DNA of 55,329 nt. Source: Ferruginibacter sp. (GTDB lineage Bacteria; Bacteroidota; Bacteroidia; Chitinophagales; Chitinophagaceae). The translations under genes were made by a program, and so were the position numbers. Within the stretch, counting starts at the first letter, position 1, and the number at the start of each line of letters is the position of its first letter. Below the pieces are notes generated by a model. It searched no databases. It was not told the origin of the DNA and saw only the letters and a list, made by a program, of their open reading frames with translations. The stretch lies in the NCBI GenBank assembly GCA_035355815.1, contig DAOQRQ010000001.1, positions 1,664-56,992 on the forward strand, in the 5' to 3' direction. Of this stretch, positions 20,120-29,200 are shown in pieces.

Positions 20120-20494
20120 TTATAGTACGTTGGGCGGAGGTACCAGTAATTCGCCGTGAAAAGCGGTGTAGGTGCCTGCATTTTCAGTTTTATGATACTG
20201 CAGGGTTATGGAGAATAAACAATCTGTTTTGTGTTGGTCGTGCAGGTATTCTTCCGAGAAAGAAGTGATGTTCTTGGGTGTTTTTTCTTCGGTGCTGTTA
20301 CCGAGCGGATTGGCATTCTCTTCTTCTGTTCCGGAAAGCGGCGATTGATCCGAACATGAGTTTGAATGCTTTGCCTGCTCCTGCTGGCTGGCATACACAA
20401 AAGGAGTGCTTACAGTAAGCCACATCAGCAGCAGTATCATAATAACCGCTGAGCCCAGTTGTAAAAAACTATATGTTCTTTTTCCTGCTTTCAT
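20120..20494 (-). CDS. Small protein with N-terminal TM/signal segment, polar linker and C-terminal PPP; candidate leader regulator of the sulP-CA-dab cluster
   Basis: Hydrophobic AVIMILLLMWLTVSTPFV, acidic linker, end FHGELLVPPPNVL. ATG 20494 preferred because it follows a TTAATTTG -7-like box. The regulatory role is inference. Confidence 0.7.
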   Translation of the reverse strand: MKAGKRTYSFLQLGSAVIMILLLMWLTVSTPFVYASQQEQAKHSNSCSDQSPLSGTEEENANPLGNSTEEKTPKNITSFSEEYLHDQHKTDCLFSITLQYHKTENAGTYTAFHGELLVPPPNVL

Positions 20495-20709
20495 GTAAGG
20501 GCTGCAAATTAACATATAAGTTTCTGCAAACCAAGCGTTCCGTTAAAACAAGGCTGCCGGATCCGGAAATTTTACAATCATCTAACAATAAGCATTAAAA
20601 ATGGTTGAAATACAGGAAACCTGCTGCCTGGCTGCCTTAAAAACATCTGCATAGAATTAAAAAAGCCGGTTCAAGGGTGTACATTTAATATTTAAACAGA
20701 ACCTGTTTT

Positions 20710-21345
20710 ATGACCCCATACGAAAAATTATTATCAGACAACAAGGCCTGGGCGCAAAAGCAGCTGGAGACAGACCCCGGATTTTTCAAACGATTATCGG
20801 CCATTCAAACCCCGGATTTTTTATGGATCGGGTGCAGCGACAGCCGGGTGCCTGCCGACAAGATAACCGGAACACAGCCCGGCGAAATATTTGTGCACCG
20901 TAATATTGCCAACATGGTGGTGCATACCGATGTAAATCTTTTAAGCGTACTCGATTATGCGGTGAACCATCTGAAGATAAAACATGTGATCGTATGCGGA
21001 CACTACGGATGTGGTGGAATTAAGGCCGCCATGAGCAGCCGTGATTTTAAACCGGTATTGAATATGTGGCTGAGAAATATCAAAGATGTGTACCACATTT
21101 ACCGGCAAGAACTGGATAAAATAGATAATGAAGAAGCCAAAACCGACAGGCTGGTGGAGTTGAATGTGGTGGAACAGGTAACCCACCTGGCTCAAACCTC
21201 CATTATTCAGCGTTCGTGGCAAAACAATAGTGGGCCACACTTACATGGATGGGTGTATGGCTTAAAAGACGGGTTGATACATTCTGTATTGGAAATGCCT
21301 CCCGGATCTTATATCGATCCTTTGTATGCATACGAAGATCTGTAA
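20710..21345 (+). CDS. can: Beta-class carbonic anhydrase (Can type)
   Basis: WIGCSDSRVP, GEIFVHRNIAN, CGHYGCGG, LHGWVYGL. Confidence 0.93.
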   Translation: MTPYEKLLSDNKAWAQKQLETDPGFFKRLSAIQTPDFLWIGCSDSRVPADKITGTQPGEIFVHRNIANMVVHTDVNLLSVLDYAVNHLKIKHVIVCGHYGCGGIKAAMSSRDFKPVLNMWLRNIKDVYHIYRQELDKIDNEEAKTDRLVELNVVEQVTHLAQTSIIQRSWQNNSGPHLHGWVYGLKDGLIHSVLEMPPGSYIDPLYAYEDL

Positions 21346-21384
21346 GCTTAAACGCAAAGGAGCCATAAACCGTCTCCCTTTCTT

Positions 21385-22149
21385 TTATTTTTTTGCTTTG
21401 AATTTGTTTATCGCATTCCGGGTGAACTCACTCAGCACCAGTCTTCCGCTGATGGCCGCCCTTTCTTTCAACAGTTCATCCCAGTGTTCGGTTCCTTTCC
21501 AGAATATTTTTTTCATCTCGGCCATCGCTGCCGGGTTAGAGTGGGCCAGGGTGCTTGCCAGGCGATATACCGCTTCATCCATATTCTCAATGCTTTCATG
21601 CACTTCGGCAAACAATCCTTTTTTTCTTGCCCACTCCGTATTGCGCCAGTTGCCGGCATCAATGGCCAGTGCGCTGAAGGCGGCCGTGCCGATTTTTCTT
21701 TCCACAGCCGGGCCAACCACAAAGGGGCCAATACCAACGGCTAACTCACTTAATTTAATTTCCGACCTCTCTGTAGCTATTGCGTAATCAACTGCAGCGG
21801 CAAGGCCAACGCCTCCTCCCACACATTTACCTTGTATGCACCCGATGATAAATTTTGGGCACTTGCGCATGGCGTTTATCACATGGGCAAACCCGCTGAA
21901 GAATTTCAAGCCCTCCGCTTCTGTTTTTATGGATACCAGTTCATCAAAACTGGCGCCCGAGCAAAATGTTTTTTCGCCGGCGCTCTTTAGAATGATAACC
22001 CGGGTATCGTCATGCGTTCCGGCAAAATGAATTTCTTTGGCCAGTTCTTCCAGTATCTTTCCCGGCAGGGAATTGCTTTGCGGATGAAAGAACTCAATGG
22101 TATTGATGCCGTGTTCAATATGCGATCTTACATATGCTTCAGTACTCAT
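21385..22149 (-). CDS. Enoyl-CoA hydratase/isomerase family protein
   Basis: FCSGASF, VGGGVGL, LSELAVGIGP crotonase motifs. Start taken at MSTEA. Confidence 0.88.
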   Translation of the reverse strand: MSTEAYVRSHIEHGINTIEFFHPQSNSLPGKILEELAKEIHFAGTHDDTRVIILKSAGEKTFCSGASFDELVSIKTEAEGLKFFSGFAHVINAMRKCPKFIIGCIQGKCVGGGVGLAAAVDYAIATERSEIKLSELAVGIGPFVVGPAVERKIGTAAFSALAIDAGNWRNTEWARKKGLFAEVHESIENMDEAVYRLASTLAHSNPAAMAEMKKIFWKGTEHWDELLKERAAISGRLVLSEFTRNAINKFKAKK

Positions 22150-22182
22150 AACAAAAAATTTCAAGTATAAATTTATACAATC

Positions 22183-24255
22183 TTATTGCGCTTTTTTAGC
22201 CACCATTGTTAAAATAGTTGCCACGCCGGTTATCTCGTTGGTCTCATCGATCATTTCCACCAGCCATTTTACAATTCCCTTATCAATATCATCGCCTCTT
22301 TTAAAATCTTCGGGTTTTTCTATTACCCGTTTATCGTTCAGTAATTTTTCCTTACAGGTAAACCGAATATGAATTTCAGCGCCGGGATAAACGGGTTTGG
22401 TAAAGCGTAATTCATCGATGCCGTAGTTAAGCAATACCGGGTTCTTTTCATAGCTGTCTACAAACAGGCCGGCCGCCATACTCATTATAAAATATCCGTG
22501 CGCCACCTGTTGCTCAAACATGGTGCCTTCAAAATCGGTTGTTTTGATGTGTGCATAGAAATGATCCCCGCTCAGGTCAGCAAAGCGGTCAATATCTTCT
22601 GAAGTGATCACTCTTTTTTCGGTTACGATCTGGTCGCCGATCTGCAGTTCTTCAAAATGTTTCCGGAAAGGGTGCTTACCCGGGTCTTTTCCGGCAGCGT
22701 ATTGCTGGTAAACATGGGTGATGGCAGTGATGCTGGTAGGCGAACCCTGCAGAGCGGTGCGTTGCAGGTAATGTTTTACTCCACGCAATCCGCCCATCTC
22801 TTCTCCTCCCCCTGCCCGGCCGGGGCCGCCATGAATAAGCAGGGGTAAAGGTGACCCATGCCCTGTACTCTCCTTTGCACATTCATTATTCAACACCAGT
22901 ATTCTTCCGTGGTGCGTGGCAGCACCCACCACATATTGCTGTGCAGTTTTATGATCGGCCGTAACAATCGTTGAGCACAGGCTTCCTTTGCCAAGTTTAC
23001 TCAAAGCAATGGCGTCGTCTGTTTTTTTATACGGCATGATGGTACTTACAGGACCAAATGCTTCCACTTCATGTACTTCTTTTGATGCAAACGGCTGTTC
23101 ATTCATCAGCAACACGGGCGACATGAATGCGCCTTTGTCTGCATCTGCATCCAACACGTTCACACTATCCAATGATCCGTAAATTATTTGTGAAGAAGCC
23201 AGTAGTTTCTGAACCTGTTCTTTCACTTCGTTGCGTTGTGTTTGCCCGGCCAGCGAACCCATTCTTACTTTTTCGTTCAGCGGATTGCCAATGGTTGTTT
23301 GCGAAAGCGAGGAAGCGATCGCCTTCCACAGGTCTTCCATTTTATTTTCCGGAACAAAGATGCGTCGTATGCCGGTACAGCGCTGACCGGCCTTTAGTGT
23401 CATTTCCTTTCTTACTTCTTTGATAAAGATGTCCCATTCCGGTTTGTCGGGAGTAACGTCGTCGCCCAATACAATACAGTTCAACGAATCGGCTTCCATA
23501 TTGAATGAAACGTTCTCTCGTAGAATATTTGGGTTCGATTTTAGTAAAAGCCCGGTTGAAGCAGATCCGGTAAAGGTTACTACATCCTGCGAAGTAACAT
23601 GATCAAGCAGGTCGCCGGCGCTTCCGCAGAGTAATTGCAAAGAACCTTCGGGTAATATTTTTGAAGCAACGATCTCTTTTACAACTGCTTCGGTTAAATA
23701 ACTGGTTACCGTTGCAGGTTTTACAACCGCCGGCATACCGGCCAGTAAGTTCACTGCAATTTTTTCCAGCATACCCCACACCGGGAAATTGAATGCGTTG
23801 ATATGAACGGCAACGCCTTCTTTGGGTACCAGTATATGCGTACCCATAAAACTGTTGTTCTTACTCAGGTTATGACTGTCGCCATCAATACAAAAGACCT
23901 CGTTGGGAAATTTTCTCCGCAGCGATGCATTGGCAAAAAGGTTTCCGATGCCTCCTTCAATATCCACCCAGCTATCTGCTTTGGTGGCGCCGGTTTGGTA
24001 GGATATTTTATAAAATTTATCAAGGTGGTTCCTTAAATGCATGGCCAGGGCTTTCAGCATATTGCCTCTTTCATGAAAGGTCATTTTACGCAAGGCCGGG
24101 TTACCAACTGTTCTGCCGTATTCCAGCACCTGTTTAAAATCAAGCCCTTTTGTAGAAGCATTTGCAATGGCTTCGCCGGTTACGGCGTTGTATAACTGCT
24201 GCCCTTCTCCGTCTCCGGTTATCCATTTGCCCGAGATATAATTTTCAAGTTTCAT
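22183..24255 (-). CDS. paaZ: Bifunctional aldehyde dehydrogenase / MaoC hydratase PaaZ
   Basis: HINAFNFP, FTGSA, MEADSLN, KAGQRCT, HGSPLP..HGGPGRAGGGEE; C-terminal MaoC domain (LSGDHFYAH, VAHGYF). Confidence 0.93.
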   Translation of the reverse strand: MKLENYISGKWITGDGEGQQLYNAVTGEAIANASTKGLDFKQVLEYGRTVGNPALRKMTFHERGNMLKALAMHLRNHLDKFYKISYQTGATKADSWVDIEGGIGNLFANASLRRKFPNEVFCIDGDSHNLSKNNSFMGTHILVPKEGVAVHINAFNFPVWGMLEKIAVNLLAGMPAVVKPATVTSYLTEAVVKEIVASKILPEGSLQLLCGSAGDLLDHVTSQDVVTFTGSASTGLLLKSNPNILRENVSFNMEADSLNCIVLGDDVTPDKPEWDIFIKEVRKEMTLKAGQRCTGIRRIFVPENKMEDLWKAIASSLSQTTIGNPLNEKVRMGSLAGQTQRNEVKEQVQKLLASSQIIYGSLDSVNVLDADADKGAFMSPVLLMNEQPFASKEVHEVEAFGPVSTIMPYKKTDDAIALSKLGKGSLCSTIVTADHKTAQQYVVGAATHHGRILVLNNECAKESTGHGSPLPLLIHGGPGRAGGGEEMGGLRGVKHYLQRTALQGSPTSITAITHVYQQYAAGKDPGKHPFRKHFEELQIGDQIVTEKRVITSEDIDRFADLSGDHFYAHIKTTDFEGTMFEQQVAHGYFIMSMAAGLFVDSYEKNPVLLNYGIDELRFTKPVYPGAEIHIRFTCKEKLLNDKRVIEKPEDFKRGDDIDKGIVKWLVEMIDETNEITGVATILTMVAKKAQ

Positions 24256-24292
24256 TCAATCGTTATTTTCCCTGCGAAGGTAGCCTAAAACA

Positions 24293-24313
24293 AAAGAGGC
24301 ATAAAGCCTCTTT
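24293..24313 (-). terminator. Probable intrinsic terminator after the DinB-like gene
   Basis: AAAGAGGC-ataaa-GCCTCTTT, with a T-rich run on the minus strand. Confidence 0.6.
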
Positions 24314-24325
24314 CTTAAAATTATT

Positions 24326-24793
24326 TTACAGCAATCCAAATTGCCGCAAGTGGTGTGTTACGTGTTTGTAATGCAGCAGTATCCATTCTTCAAAATTCAA
24401 TTCGCCAAAAACAGGGTGCATTGTTTTTTTGCCGGGGTTGTTATTAAAGTACGTCTCAAAGTTTGCCACGGAGGCCGCAAGTTTATCGATGGCCTGCTCC
24501 ATGTTTTCGTACCTGAGCGGCAATGGTTCTTCGCCGATCACATCCGTTGGCGCCTTCGTATTTTCCCTGAATTGTTTATCGCTCAGCAAAAACTCTTTGA
24601 ATCTGGGCAGCTGTTCAACCGGGGTAACCAGGGGAAATTTTATCTTCTCAATGGATACATTAAAGAAGGCCGTTACATGCTCTGCCATTTGCTGGCCATT
24701 CATCTTGCCCCATTTCCCTGCGGTATCTGCAGACAGCGTTCTTACCTTCGGTACAAATTCCGTTTTGATAAAATTGAGTTTTTCGGTATCCAT
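24326..24793 (-). CDS. DinB/DUF1569-like four-helix metalloprotein
   Basis: WGKMNGQQMAEH, HPVFGELN.EEW, HYKHVTHHLRQFG. Confidence 0.8.
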   Translation of the reverse strand: MDTEKLNFIKTEFVPKVRTLSADTAGKWGKMNGQQMAEHVTAFFNVSIEKIKFPLVTPVEQLPRFKEFLLSDKQFRENTKAPTDVIGEEPLPLRYENMEQAIDKLAASVANFETYFNNNPGKKTMHPVFGELNFEEWILLHYKHVTHHLRQFGLL

Positions 24794-24821
24794 AGCTGTT
24801 GTTTGGTGCGCAATCTAAAAC

Positions 24822-24853
24822 AAAAAAGCATCCCGGTAAGCCGGAATGCTTTT
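24822..24853 (-). terminator. Intrinsic terminator after adk
   Basis: AAAAAAGCATCCCGG-taag-CCGGAATGCTTTT. Confidence 0.75.
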
Positions 24854-24874
24854 CAAATAAAGTTATTTCCCTGT

Positions 24875-25450
24875 TCAGGCCCGTTGATCGATCTCTTTAC
24901 AAAGCCTTTCGAATATCTCATCAATAGAGCCTTCTCCTTTTACCATTTCCACCTTATCAAACTGTTTATAATAATCGGCAACTACGGCGGTCTTGTTGTG
25001 GTACTCGGTGATCCTGGCCCGGATCACATTTTCATTATTGTCGTCGCTGCGGCCGCTTGTTTCTCCCCGTTTCAATAATCGTTTTATCAGCTCCGATTCG
25101 CTTACTTCCAGGGCAAGCATTACAGCAATGGGCGCCTCTTTTAAATCAAGTAATTTGTCTAAAGCCTCTGCCTGGGCTGCTGTGCGGGGGAATCCATCAA
25201 ACAAAAACCCCTTGGCATTTGGGTTGGCGTCCAATGCAGAACTGATCATGCCGATCACCACTTCATCGGGAACCAATTGCCCCTTGTCCATAAAATTCTG
25301 TGCTTCTTTACCCAGGGGAGTCTGGCGGCTGATCTCGCTGCGCAGCAGGTCGCCCGTGCTCAGGTGCTTTAAGCCGTATTTTGCAATTAGTTTTTCGCTT
25401 TGCGTTCCTTTGCCACTGCCGGGAGGGCCGAATAATATAAGGTTAAACAT
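24875..25450 (-). CDS. adk: Adenylate kinase (short-LID type)
   Basis: GPPGSGKGTQ, STGDLLR, DGFPRT, GRSDDN. Confidence 0.95.
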   Translation of the reverse strand: MFNLILFGPPGSGKGTQSEKLIAKYGLKHLSTGDLLRSEISRQTPLGKEAQNFMDKGQLVPDEVVIGMISSALDANPNAKGFLFDGFPRTAAQAEALDKLLDLKEAPIAVMLALEVSESELIKRLLKRGETSGRSDDNNENVIRARITEYHNKTAVVADYYKQFDKVEMVKGEGSIDEIFERLCKEIDQRA

Positions 25451-25592
25451 ATTGGTTGCTATCGGTATGAAGATAGCAAATATAATAATCGAACTTTAAA
25501 TATTCCTTAACAGGGGGCTTTATCTGTTGAAAATCTTAAAATACCTGTATTTCGTAGATAGAGAACTATTAATAACGAAATTTGTTGAACCA

Positions 25593-26168
25593 ATGATGAG
25601 GCCATTCTTCTATATCGTGTTTGCTTTTGCCGTCTTCTTAGCCGGCTGCAGCAACCCTTCTGTTAAGCCAAGTAAAATAACAACCATGGACAGCACTAAA
25701 AAGAACAACCCCGTTTATTCCAATACCGACTCCGGGAAAGTAGATATCAGTAATGAGGAATGGAGAAAAGTATTGCCCGCCGATGTTTACAGCATTGCAC
25801 GGGAAAAGGGCACCGAAATGCGGTTTACAGGAAAATACTGGGACCACAAAGAAGTGGGCACCTATTACTGCGCCGCATGTGGCAACCCGCTTTTCAACAG
25901 TAATGGAAAATTTGAAAGCAGTTGCGGCTGGCCAAGTTTTTTTGAGCCCATCAATAAAGGAAGTATCATCTATGCGCCCGATAACAGCCATGGTATGAAG
26001 CGTACCGAAGTAATGTGTGGCCGTTGCAAAGCCCACCTGGGCCATGTTTTTGAAGATGGTCCGCCGCCAACCGGTTTGCGTTATTGCATCAACTCTGTTA
26101 TTCTCGATTTTGAAAAAGCAAAAGACGCTGCAAAAGGTTTTGAAGAGAAAGCCGATGTAAAAAAATAG
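25593..26168 (+). CDS. msrB: Peptide-methionine (R)-S-oxide reductase with lipoprotein signal
   Basis: GTE, CAAC and CGRC Zn ligands, GWPSF, HLGHVFEDGP, RYCINS; lipobox LAGC after the MMRPFF start. Confidence 0.92.
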   Translation: MMRPFFYIVFAFAVFLAGCSNPSVKPSKITTMDSTKKNNPVYSNTDSGKVDISNEEWRKVLPADVYSIAREKGTEMRFTGKYWDHKEVGTYYCAACGNPLFNSNGKFESSCGWPSFFEPINKGSIIYAPDNSHGMKRTEVMCGRCKAHLGHVFEDGPPPTGLRYCINSVILDFEKAKDAAKGFEEKADVKK

Positions 26169-26247
26169 TACTATATCAGCCGCCCGTACATTTCTTTTGC
26201 AGCTACGCTGTTTTTTTTGCACCTTCATTGTTCAATTATTTTTGACG

Positions 26248-29200
26248 ATGAAAAAACTAACTGCCGCCTTAACGGGCCTGGTGATCGCCTCCGTTTTCAG
26301 CACCGCAATTGCACAGAAGTATTCTCTTTCGCAATTTAAAAATCTCAAACCCCGCAATATTGGTCCGGCCGGAATGAGTGGCCGCATCACTTCTTTGGAT
26401 GTGGTGGTGGATAACCCCAATATAATATACCTGGGTTCTGCTTCCGGCGGCGTATGGAAAACAGAGAACAGCGGCAATTCCTGGACGGCCGTATTTGATG
26501 AACAAACCACGCAAAATATTGGTTCGGTGGCTATCCAGCAATCAAACCCTGCTGTTGTATGGGTAGGAACAGGAGAAGGTAACCCACGAAACTCCCTTAA
26601 CCTGGGTGAAGGAATTTTTAAAAGCATGGATGCCGGAAAAACCTGGAAGCGGATGGGCCTGGAAAAAACAATGAATATCCATCGCATCATCATCGACCCC
26701 GTTAATCCCAACACTGTGTATGCTGCGGCTATCGGCAATCCCTTTTCTTCTCACCCCGAACGGGGCGTTTTTAAAACAACCGATGGAGGAGAGACATGGA
26801 ATAAAATTCTATATACCAACGATTCTTCCGGTTGTGCCGAACTGGTGATGGACCCATCTAACCCCAACCGCATAATTGCCTGCATGTGGCAACACCGCCG
26901 CACTCCCTGGGATTTTAAAAGCGGCGGCCCGGGCAGCGGACTTTATATCACCATTGATGCTGGAAAGAACTGGAAAAAGTTAGGAAAAGAAGAAGGCTTA
27001 CCTGATGGAAACTTTGGAAGGATCGGTCTTGCCTTTGCAACCAACGATTCACGCCGGGTATATGCCATGGTGGAAGCAACAAAGAACGGTTTGTACAAAA
27101 GTGATGACGGCGGAATGAAATGGGAACTGGTGAACAGCGAAGCAAGGTGGGTAACCAACCGTCCGTTCTATTTCCAGGACATACGGGTGGATACAAAAAA
27201 TGAAAATCGATTGTATAATATCCACGACCAGGTGGAAGTGAGTGAAGACGGTGGTAAAACATTCAGCACGCTGATCCCTTATTCCGGTATTCATCCCGAT
27301 CATCACGCCTGGTGGATAAGTCCAAAAGACCCCAACTTTATGATCGAAGGAAACGATGGCGGCATTGGTATCACCCACGACCGAGGTAAGAACTGGACCT
27401 TTGATGATAAAATTCCGGCCGGACAGTTTTATCATATCAGTGTTGATAACGAACTTCCCTATAATGTAATGGGCGGCATGCAGGACAATGGCACCTGGCA
27501 TGGTCCTGCTTATACATGGATCAATGGCGGCATAAGAAATTATTACTGGAACAATGTGGGAGGCGGAGATGGTTTTGATGTGATGCCCGATGCAGAAGAC
27601 GCAAGCTGGGTATATAGCCAAAGCCAGGGTGGTTCTGTTGGAAGAAGGAATTGGAAAACAGGTGAAGGCTGGTTCATAAAACCACAGGCGCTTGATCCTT
27701 CCTTAAAACTCCGCTTCAACTGGAACTCTGCGTTGGCCCAGGATCCCTTTGATAAAAAGACCATTTATTTCGGCAGCCAGTTTGTGAATAAAAGCACCGA
27801 TAAGGGAATAAACTGGGAAACCATTTCCCCCGATCTTACCACGAACGATTCTGCTAAGATCGCTGCGTATCAAAATACCGGCGGTCTTACGATGGATATC
27901 ACCGGCGCCGAAACACATTGTACCATCATCAGTATTGAACCATCAAGAAAAGAACAGGGTTTGTTATGGGTGGGTACCGATGATGGTGTGGTTCAACTTA
28001 CAAGGGATGGGGGAAAAACATGGACCAGCTTCCGCGGAAAAATTCCCGGTCTTCCTTCCGGCTGCTGGATACCACAGATCAAAGCTTCTGCACATAATGC
28101 CGGAGAAGCGTTTGTGGTAGCCAATGATTATCGCCGTGGCGATATGAAGCCTTATATCTTCCGCACAACAGATTATGGAAAAACGTGGACAAGGATGATC
28201 GATGAGAATAAAGTGAAGGGATATGCTTTAAGTGTATTACAGGATCCGGCTGAACCCAACCTCATTTTTGTTGGAACAGAAAATGGTTTATGGATAAGCC
28301 TGGATAATGGAGTTTCTTTTGAACAATTCAAAAACGGTTATCCTTCTGTTTCTACTTACGACCTGGCCATACAGGAAAGAGAAGCCGACCTGGCGATCGC
28401 CACATTCGGTCGTGCTTTATGGATACTGGACGATATCCGTTCGTTGAGAAAGCTTGCTGCCAATAAAGGAATGAAGTTCAATAGCCCGGTTACTGTTTGT
28501 GCTGCTCCCGATGCCTACCAGGCGCAATACAGGCAGGCAACGGGTTACGACTGGAGCACTTATGGTTTATATGAAGCCGATAACAGGAGAAGGGGTGCGG
28601 CGGTTTCATTCTTCATCAATAAACCAAAACCGGATACGGCTGCAAAACAACAACCGGTTGCTGCCACAACACAGCCTTCGGCAACAGCAACCCCCGGGCA
28701 ACAAGGTGAAGGACGCAGGGGACGTGGTCAAGGCGGGCCTGGTGGCGGAGGAGGAAGAAGAACCGACTCGGCAATGGTAAGAATCTACAACGCAAACAAT
28801 GAACAAATAAGATCATTGCGATGGGCGGTTGATTCCGGCTTCAATAAAATGTACTGGGGTATGGAAGAAAAGGGATTCCGGCAACCGGGATCGCCCAAGC
28901 CACAGCCGGGATCGCCGGAGCCGGGTGGCCTTCAGGTATTACCCGGGAGGTATAAGCTGGTGATGATGTATTCGGGAAGTTCCGATTCAACCTTCATTAA
29001 TATATACGATGACCCAAGAATTGGAAACCGGGATGATATTAAACTGGCGCAACGAAAAATGTATGATCGCCTGAGAAGGTCTTCCGATAAGCTAACCACC
29101 GGAATGGATCAGCTAACCGAAAGTGAAGAACTGCTCACTAAAATGCAATCACAGTTAAAAGGAGTTGAGGGAAAAGATGCCGACTCGTTAAGAAAAACAA

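Noticed and set aside
13251-21345. Evidence of autotrophy or a carboxysome locus
   Set aside because: No RuBisCO, shell or other carbon-fixation genes are in the window, and DAB/Mps systems also occur in heterotrophs.
13251-21345. Carbon cluster as a mobile island
   Set aside because: No integrase, transposase, tRNA or flanking direct repeats were seen, and the composition difference is at most slight by eye.
24341-25078. Long antisense or alternate-frame ORFs (e.g. 24341-25078, 11619-12335, 14529-15122, 1677-2264, 25638-26228, 27049-27621)
   Set aside because: They overlap well-supported genes on the opposite strand and carry no recognisable motifs; treated as shadow ORFs.
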